A stretch of 64,000 nt of DNA from Eledone cirrhosa (taxonomy: Eukaryota). The stretch lies in the NCBI GenBank assembly GCA_964016885.1, contig OZ024743.1, forward strand, positions 55,676,001 to 55,740,000, in the 5' to 3' direction. Below, piece after piece: positions 55,016 through 64,000 of this stretch. The first letter of the stretch is position 1, and the number at the start of each line of letters is the position of its first letter. The position numbers were made by a program, and so were the translations under genes. The notes below the pieces were generated by a model, which was given only the letters and a program-made list of their open reading frames with translations, did no database searches and was not told the DNA's origin.

Positions 55016-55449
55016 CCATAGTTCAGTTCCATGCTACCCACCCAACTTCCGTTTAACCTTTGTCTCTTCCTTTTGCGATCTGGCTGGTTCACAGACCAGT
55101 CGTATATTCTCCTTCTATAGTTTGTTAATACGATTTCAGAACTTATGTCCTACAACTTGTATTAATTATTTCCATTTCCTAAAGTTACTAACCACACATA
55201 TGTATGCTGCCTTCTACGTAATTTTTCCGTTCCATATCGGTATGTCGATATTTCTTTCTTTGGTTCTTTATTGTTTTTTGTTGTTGTTGTTTTTCTTCGT
55301 CCATTGTCCGTTGTGTTTCTCCCCGGATAGTCCTGTCTTTAATGTATTCGAAACTATAATGATCCACAGAAGACACCCGATGAACGGGAATGCATACACA
55401 CACACACACACATATATATGTGTATGTATGTGTGTATACGCGCGTGTGT

Positions 55450-55496
<47 letters not shown>

Positions 55497-55540
55497 TAAA
55501 AGCGAAGTAGTTTCAGATGTTCAAGTCCTTTAATAATAAT

Positions 55541-55614
55541 GCTGTGATATATATTTCAATGACGACACTGGCCACACTGTTCTGTGTGCGAGTGTCGTGA
55601 CATCATCAGACAGC
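55541..55614 (-). ncRNA. Type I hammerhead ribozyme (inverted arm of family C)
   Basis: Reverse complement of 55907-55980. Confidence 0.75.
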
Positions 55615-55906
55615 TTGTTACATAATAAGGTTGTTTCCGAGGCAATCCAAATTGAATCGACATGGGAACGGACGAAGTTCGTGCTTTTGGGTTTTTCATC
55701 CGTTCCCTTGTGAGTACCAATTCACCCCCACCGGTCTGCGCAAGCGCATGTCCGAAGGAAGTTGACCATTAGCACCGCAGATTTCAACGAAATTGGTGAA
55801 TTGGTACTCACAAGGGAACGGATGAAAAACCCAAAAGCACGAACTTCGTCCGTTCCCATGTCGATTCAATTTGGATTGCCTCGGAAACAACCTTATTATG
55901 TAACAA

Positions 55907-55980
55907 GCTGTCTGATGATGTCACGACACTCGCACACAGAACAGTGTGGCCAGTGTCGTCATTGAAATATATATCACAGC
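55907..55980 (+). ncRNA. Type I hammerhead ribozyme (first direct repeat of family C)
   Basis: Stem I GCTGT/ACAGC; CTGATGA; long stem II ACGACACT/AGTGTCGT with inner CACAC/GTGTG; GAAA; palindromic AUAU loop III; AUC site after 55975. Confidence 0.8.
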
Positions 55981-57195
55981 ATTATTATTAAAGGACTTGA
56001 ACATCTGAAACTACTTCGCTTTTACTTATTCGATATTTACTCCGTCACTCCTATGTGGAAAAAGTACGTTGAGTGCTTGAATTGAATTGCATCAATATTT
56101 ACCCTAATAATTAAGCTCCGATTAGTTGAGCGCTCTATGATGTAACCGATATGGTGGAGAAGAGAGGAACCAACCAAGAGCTACCCCGGAAATCCCCTCT
56201 ACCATGGGGATGAAAAACCCCTGACACTGGACGGGCGTAATAGTATCTTTCGGCAGGATAAATACGCGGAAACAAAAAATAAGATAAACCCCTATTTCCT
56301 GCACCAAATCGCTTCTGAACAGAGGCCCCCTCAATTCAATCTATACATGGACAGATGGACAATCGTATGGTTCGTTTTACACATATGTACTCTGTGTTTT
56401 TGCATTTATTCACTATTGTCTCTGTTCTTTTCTTTTCTTTTGTGTTCTCTTTTGTGTACTTTTTGTCTGTTTTTCTTTGACTCTGTTCCATGTGATGGAA
56501 AGTATGACCGTGTAACGGATTGACTAATGCCTTGAACCATGTGGTTTGCCCTCCGTTATAAGGTCCGGCACTGTCGTTCAATATCTGTAACACTAGAATC
56601 CCTCCCAGAACATATTACTTAAACATCTCTCTCCATATTATTTACTCACTTCAATGTATATCTTTACTTAATCCGAATTATCACTTGAAAATTTTTGAAT
56701 TTAGAATTTTTGAATTCTTTATTGTTTAATTTATAATCTCTGATATTTGATTTAGGATTTTAACCTTTAATTTTAATTTTAATTTTTATTCCCAACTCTC
56801 ACTCTTAACTTACTATGTAAAACCATAGTACCTAGAATTAAGTTTATTTTACCTTATGAGTTGATGGTCAGTCTTACTGTCAACGCTTAGTGAAAGGTAG
56901 TATTATGACCTATAAAAACTAACACCCTCCCATCCCCTCTGGCTTTCGGCTGACTGCCACAGTAGCGATGGTAGCAGTAAGCTTTGGCAAGGCATAGGTG
57001 GGCCACTGACAGCGAATTTCGTTGAAATCTGCGGTGCTAATGGTCAACTTCCTTCGGACATAAGCTTGCGCAGACCGGTGGGGGTGAATTGGTACTCACA
57101 AGGGAACGGATGAAAAACCCAAAAGCACGAACTTCGTCCGTTCCCATGTCGATTCAATTTGGATTGCCTCGGAAACAACCTTATTATGTAACAAC

Positions 57196-57267
57196 CTGTC
57201 TGATGATGTCACGACACTCGCACACAGAACAGTGTGGCCAGTGTCGTCATTGAAATATATATCACAG
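57196..57267 (+). ncRNA. Type I hammerhead ribozyme (second direct repeat of family C)
   Basis: Same motif with stem I CTGT/ACAG; AUC site after 57263. Confidence 0.78.
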
Positions 57268-57393
57268 CATTATTATTAAAGGACTTGAACATCTGAAACT
57301 ACTTCGCTTTTACTTATTCGATATTTACTCCGTCACTCCTATGTGGAAAAAGTACGTTGTGTGCTTGAATTGAATTGCATCAATGTTAACCCT

Positions 57394-57438
<45 letters not shown>

Positions 57439-57439
<1 letters not shown>

Positions 57440-57613
57440 CAAAGAGGGTGTGGTAAGATACTAGGTGGACCATTACTCACCAGAGTACTCGATACTTGGG
57501 GTAGTAGAGTGGGAAATATGAAAAGATGCAGGACTCCGACGGCTGAGTTCCGGTTCGGATCTAGCTGTCGAAACGGCCGGAGCTCCCCGTCGGGGTCCTG
57601 AATCTTTTCATAT
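57439..57613 (-). mobile_element. Fold-back element, family E (diverged copy)
   Basis: Hairpin ATATGAAAAGAT...ATCTTTTCATAT (57516-57613); 77-nt tail homologous to 61667-61743; retains GTCGAAACGG...CCGTCGGGGTC. Confidence 0.75.
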
Positions 57614-57625
57614 ATATATATATAT

Positions 57626-57685
<60 letters not shown>

Positions 57686-57752
57686 TATATATATTTATAT
57701 CTACCCCAAATCACTCTCTATCTTTCTATTTCATCTTTTGTTTTTCATTCTA

Positions 57753-57788
57753 TCTTCTAATGAAGGAGTAATGTCCGAAACGTAAAGA
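57753..57788 (+). ncRNA. Degenerate minimal hammerhead (CUAAUGA, G5A)
   Basis: TCTT-CTAATGA-AGGA-GTAATG-TCC-GAAACGTA|AAGA; stem I TCTT/AAGA. Confidence 0.55.
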
Positions 57789-58075
57789 CTTTTCGCCAAG
57801 ATATCAAGCTTAGATTAATATATTTCTTTATTGTACTGTTGTTTGGGGAGTTTTGTGCCAAGCTGTTAGGTGCGTCCGTTGGTTGTTTCAGATGACGAGG
57901 CGTTTTCGCTAGGTCATCAACAGCAGATGAATAGGCGATTGCGGGAAAGTCTTTAACAACATAGCTCCAAACGCCAGCTCCTTAATTTAGAGGTGGTAAG
58001 ATGTTGTCAACGATCTCTTAACTCAAGGGTCAGTGACTAGAGCACTCAGCCAATATCATTTATTTCATACTCTAG

Positions 58076-58110
58076 CTTCTGATGAAGGATTAACGTCCGA
58101 AATTTTAAGA
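58076..58110 (+). ncRNA. Degenerate minimal hammerhead, paralogue of 57753
   Basis: CTT-CTGATGA-AGGA-TTAACG-TCC-GAAA-TTTTAAGA; both copies are followed by ATATCAAGC. Confidence 0.5.
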
Positions 58111-58301
58111 TTGAAGTCCTATTATATCAAGCGTTAAACAAATATAGATCGTTATTTTACTTTATTGTTTTGCTGTGTTGTTTTCCGTTTACTTTTCGCA
58201 AATACATGCACACTCACACACACACATACACACGCACACATACGCACACACACACACACACACACACACGCACAGACGCATATATATATATATATATATA
58301 T

Positions 58302-58666
58302 ATGGTGGGTGCCAACTCGTTTTCGAGTACGGCCACTACTTTATATCCATGTAGGAGAACCCCTACCGATGCGCTGGACAAGTGTGACTTTTGAGTCCAG
58401 CCAGCGACTTGAAAACTCTGGTACAAACACTACACTTGTGACAATTATTGACACATAGTGCTGGGCCCATGGTACCATGTGACGACAAGTGCAGAGAGAT
58501 CTCCAGATATAAAGCAATGCCTGTGCCGTGAAGCTTTTATAGTGAGCAAAGGCACTGCACAAAGGCAGTCCCACTCTCTTAACCAAGATGATATTTACCA
58601 AAAAGAAGAACAAGTCAACATCATTGGATACCATGAGGGTTGCAGGTGTTATATCAGAGTTTTCCT

Positions 58667-58670
<4 letters not shown>
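58302..58670 (-). mobile_element. Third copy (3' part) of the 49722 element
   Basis: Near-identical reverse complement of 49962-50330; the spurious ORF translations are almost the same. Confidence 0.85.
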
Positions 58671-58724
<54 letters not shown>

Positions 58725-58995
58725 TTGGTGCTCTGAAATAGCGATATATATATGAATGTATATACAGTGTATTTTGCAATAGACTGTATGCTTAATTAAA
58801 AGCATTTCGAAGACCTTACGCTATTGTTTTAGAGTAGTGACAGTCTCTCTTACTTTAAATTTTTAGCAAACAGGGGAGATAAAGCTGACAGAGCTCTGTT
58901 TCGTACTTTTTGGCGCACAGGAGAAATACAATGAAAGAAATAACGGAAAGACGAACAGTCCTATCTCCTCAGTCAACCTATGGAATATATATATG

Positions 58996-59027
<32 letters not shown>

Positions 59028-59048
59028 CGTATATATACGTATATATGA

Positions 59049-59103
<55 letters not shown>

Positions 59104-59106
59104 CGT

Positions 59107-59984
59107 AGGTTTGATGGTCTTTATTCTCTCGTTCACGATTTCACCGAACTTAAATTCATAGAAATCTGGGACTTGTCTCCTTCTTCCTCACTTTCTGTTG
59201 CCTCACCATTTTGTTTGTTTACCCTCGCGTCCCCTTTATTTACGTGTCCCAACGACTTTTTTTAGCCGTTGCTCGCACCAACCGGAGGTATATAGTCTTT
59301 AAAGCGATGAAATGCCTATGATAGTTGGAAGATCACTGATGAAGGACAAACTTTTTTCATATGTAACCCATTTGCAACTCCGCAGCGCCCTTATTATCAT
59401 ATTTACACATATTTTTTCCTCTGCTGCTACACCGTCTTTTTCGTTCTATGTATCTTTACCCTTTCTAGCAGTCTCTCTCTCTCTGTTAGCCTCTTCCTCA
59501 CCTCACCCTTCACTCACTCATTCTCTGTCACTACCTCTCCTCCTCCTCTTCTTTCTTCCCGTTTGACCTGTGAGTAACTCTTTTCTCTCACATTCTCGGC
59601 CTAGCTGGTCGGAATTTTTTTTCTCTCTCGTCTACGATTTCACAGAACTTATGTTTACCGAATTCGCAGACCAGACCCCTTCTTCCCCCCGTTAGACCTG
59701 TGCGAAATTCCTTCCTTGCTCACATTTCAACCAGGTTTGATGGTCTTTATTCTCTCGTTCACGATTTCACCGAACTTAAATTCATAGAAATCTGGGACTT
59801 GTCTCCTTCTTCCTCACTTTCTGTTGCCTCACCATTTTGTTTGTTTACCCTCGCGTCCCCTTTATTTACGTGTCCCAACGACTTTTTTTAGCCGTTGCTC
59901 GCACCAACCGGAGGTATATGGTCTTTAAAGCGATGAAATGCCTATGATAGTTGGAAGATCACTGATGAAGGACAAAATTTTTTC

Positions 59985-59988
<4 letters not shown>
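59107..59988 (+). mobile_element. Tandem non-coding element, family F (626-nt monomer, 256-bp terminal redundancy)
   Basis: 59107-59362 = 59733-59988; TA-rich flanks; contains TA-TGAT..ATCA-CTGATGAAGGAC. Confidence 0.8.
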
Positions 59989-60017
<29 letters not shown>

Positions 60018-60099
60018 AAGAAAAAGAGATGAAATCGAAAATGCAACTGAAGTCTTATTTTTTATTTTTTTTTTTTTAAATATATATATTTATTTGGTT

Positions 60100-60137
60100 C
60101 CTTTACCGGTTTCGCAGTTCTTCTGCTTTTCAAAAGG
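60100..60137 (-). ncRNA. Minimal hammerhead with U3-A8 core (left arm of family D)
   Basis: CCTT-TTGAAAA-GCAG-AAGAA-CTGC-GAAA-CCGG-TA|AAGG. Confidence 0.75.
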
Positions 60138-60215
60138 TGAGTTGAGATGGAGGGTCTGTGGTTTTTCTCACATCTGAGAAGTGAGAAAAACCACAGACCC
60201 TCCATCTCAACTCAG

Positions 60216-60251
60216 CTTTTGAAAAGCAGAAGAACTGCGAAACCGGTAAAG
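60216..60251 (+). ncRNA. Minimal hammerhead with U3-A8 core (right arm of family D)
   Basis: CTT-TTGAAAA-GCAG/CTGC-GAAA-CCGG-TA|AAG; site after 60248. Confidence 0.72.
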
Positions 60252-60428
60252 GAACCAAATAAATATATATATTTAAAAAAAAAAAAAAATTAAAAAAAAT
60301 AAGACTTCAGTTGCATTTTCGATTTCATCTCTTTTTCTTTATACTTTCACTCGTGTAGGACACCTCGGTTATTTTTCATTTTGTAAAAAAAACCTCACTT
60401 TCTAATATATATATATATTTTTAGCCGA

Positions 60429-61378
<950 letters not shown>

Positions 61379-61383
<5 letters not shown>

Positions 61384-61482
61384 AAAATGGGGAGAAGAAT
61401 ACTGCATGGTTGCACATGGATAACATGTTATAAAATGAGTCCCTCATCAGTGATTTGCCAACGATCATTGGTATTTCATTGC

Positions 61483-61485
<3 letters not shown>
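61379..61485 (-). mobile_element. Family F short fragment (conserved core only)
   Basis: Minus strand GAAATACCAATGATCGTTGGCAAATCACTGATGAGGGAC...CATGTGCAACCATGCAGTATTC. Confidence 0.7.
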
Positions 61486-61863
<378 letters not shown>

Positions 61864-62057
61864 CATCATGTATATAAAATGAGGGAGAAAGGGGGCTCCT
61901 CCTGTTACTAATGGTGGCAACAATCATCAGCCAGCCATAACAGATGTCTTTCATTAATGATGACAACTAAATTTGATGTTGATGATTTTTAAAAGACTTT
62001 CCCCACTCCCTTCGCATCACCTGAACATTATACATTATGTGTGCGTATGTATATATA

Positions 62058-62185
<128 letters not shown>

Positions 62186-62199
62186 CATACACACACACA

Positions 62200-62317
<118 letters not shown>

Positions 62318-62366
62318 TATACACATATATATATACACACATACACACACATATATATATATATAT

Positions 62367-62411
<45 letters not shown>

Positions 62412-62418
62412 CATACAT

Positions 62419-62480
<62 letters not shown>

Positions 62481-62531
62481 ATATATATATGTATATTATT
62501 ATTGTTGTTGTTGTCGTTATTATTATTGTTG

Positions 62532-62566
<35 letters not shown>

Positions 62567-62721
62567 GTTATTAATGTATATGTGTGTATGTATATATGTA
62601 TGTGTGTATGTATGTATATGCATGTGTGTATATATATATATATATATTCCTCTTTTATTATTTTATTTTATTTTTTATTTATTTATTAATATATATATAT
62701 ATATATATTTTTTTTTTCTCC

Positions 62722-62897
<176 letters not shown>

Positions 62898-62975
62898 CGC
62901 GCACTCCTACATACCTTACCATTCCTTACATGTCATAACATATATTTCTGATTTTCACTTTACAGTCCGTGAAGA

Positions 62976-63054
62976 GACACACACACACACTTAAACACAT
63001 GTGCGCATACAAACACACACACAAAGTGGTAAGCCAGATCACGTTGCTCAGCTT

Positions 63055-63152
<98 letters not shown>

Positions 63153-63183
63153 AAGTGGTTAGCCAGATCACGTTGCTCAGCTT

Positions 63184-63226
<43 letters not shown>

Positions 63227-63230
63227 GCAG

Positions 63231-63270
<40 letters not shown>

Positions 63271-63345
63271 ACACACACACACACATACACACACACAGCC
63301 ACACACACACACACACACATTCACACACACAGCCACATGCACACA
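62976..63345. repeat. (CA)n tract containing two copies of a 36-bp unique core, ~130 bp apart
   Basis: AAAGTGGT.AGCCAGATCACGTTGCTCAGCTTTATA near 63023 and 63152. Confidence 0.85.
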
Positions 63346-63764
63346 CATTCATAAGTTTGCACTCGTACATACATACTCCCAAATATAGAGGATAAAATGG
63401 GCACTTGACTCTTAGTGGTGTCATTGGGGTGCCGCCATGACAGACAGCGTGTCTTGGACATTTTAATCTTGGCTGGGCCCATTTCTGTCGAGGTCGGTAC
63501 ATAGCTTATTTCTAAGAAAGAAAGAAAGAAAGAAAGATAGAGAATGAGTGAGAGAGAGACAGAGAGTATGAGTAACAAAAACATTGACAGAGGGAGAGAG
63601 ACAGAGAGGGAGAAAGCTAAAGAGAGAGAGAGGGGGGCAGGGATAGAGAGAAACAGACAGAAAGTGAGAGAGACAGAGGCAGAGATAAAGAGAATGGGGG
63701 CAGGAGGCAGAATGTATCCCAATACTGAATTGGAATTTAATTTATTGACCTCGAAACGACTGTA

Positions 63765-64000
63765 AGGCTATGAGTTCGATCCCTGACACTTTATCTTACG
63801 TTGCTCCGGTTCACTAAGCTGGAAAAAGAAATTAGTTGTACATATAATTCAGAAGGGCCAATCTTGTCAAACAATGTCCGACTGAATCTAATCGAGAACT
63901 GCGTTTGGGGTTCATGTATCAATGAAATGGTCCGCCCTTGCACTTTCATTTCATCAGCCTGCTGTTGCGTTGATTAAATTAACTGGAACACACGTCATCG
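63765..64000 (+). mobile_element. Degenerate SINE
   Basis: B-box-like GAGTTCGATCCC followed by ACGTTGCTCCGGTTCACT, as in the 38440 and 42149 SINE bodies. Confidence 0.5.

Larger units (their letters stand above)
55492..57399 (+). mobile_element. Hammerhead fold-back retroelement, family C: 317-bp direct repeats, 1288-nt non-coding monomer, 303-bp 5' inverted arm (retrozyme / non-autonomous Penelope-like)
   Basis: 55795-56111 = 57083-57399 (direct); 55492-55794 is the reverse complement of 57015-57317; (TA)n on both sides; no long ORF. Confidence 0.9.
60014..60404 (+). mobile_element. Hammerhead fold-back retroelement, family D
   Basis: Inverted arms 60014-60171 and 60181-60343, 9-nt loop, ~61-nt tail, (TA)n flanks. 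Confidence 0.87.

Noticed and set aside
57870-57930. CTGTTGA-TGAC...GTCA-TCT-GAAAC on the minus strand as a hammerhead
   Set aside because: The core is mutated and there is no NUH site or stem I.
61885-61937. CTGATGA with a TGTTGC/GTAACA stem on the minus strand
   Set aside because: GAGG replaces GAAA and there is no cleavage triplet; at best heavily decayed.

Overview
Eukaryotic (animal) genomic DNA with almost no genes. The AT-rich background, dense (TA)n/(CA)n/(TATG)n microsatellites and tRNA-derived SINEs suggest a cephalopod such as octopus (inference). Bases 1-35.6 kb are one 53-bp GT-rich satellite array (~670 copies) with multi-kb internal duplications, followed by a GGT/GTT minisatellite to 37.86 kb. 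The remainder holds SINEs, a Tigger-like MITE, a probable solo LTR, a decayed RLE-type (R4/NeSL-like) LINE, RTE-derived short elements and one segment encoding the C-terminus of SREBP. The main result lies at 50.6-61.8 kb: at least five apparently unrelated, non-coding retroelement families, each carrying a type I hammerhead ribozyme or its 3' half. They are embedded in microsatellite, mostly (TA)n, and share one architecture: a 5' fold-back inverted arm, a sense copy (tandem in two cases, with 538- and 1288-nt monomers), and a 61-83 nt unpaired tail. They look like non-autonomous Penelope-type retrozymes and include a U3-A8 compensatory core variant. All pairings and coordinates were read by eye; no folding or database search was run.
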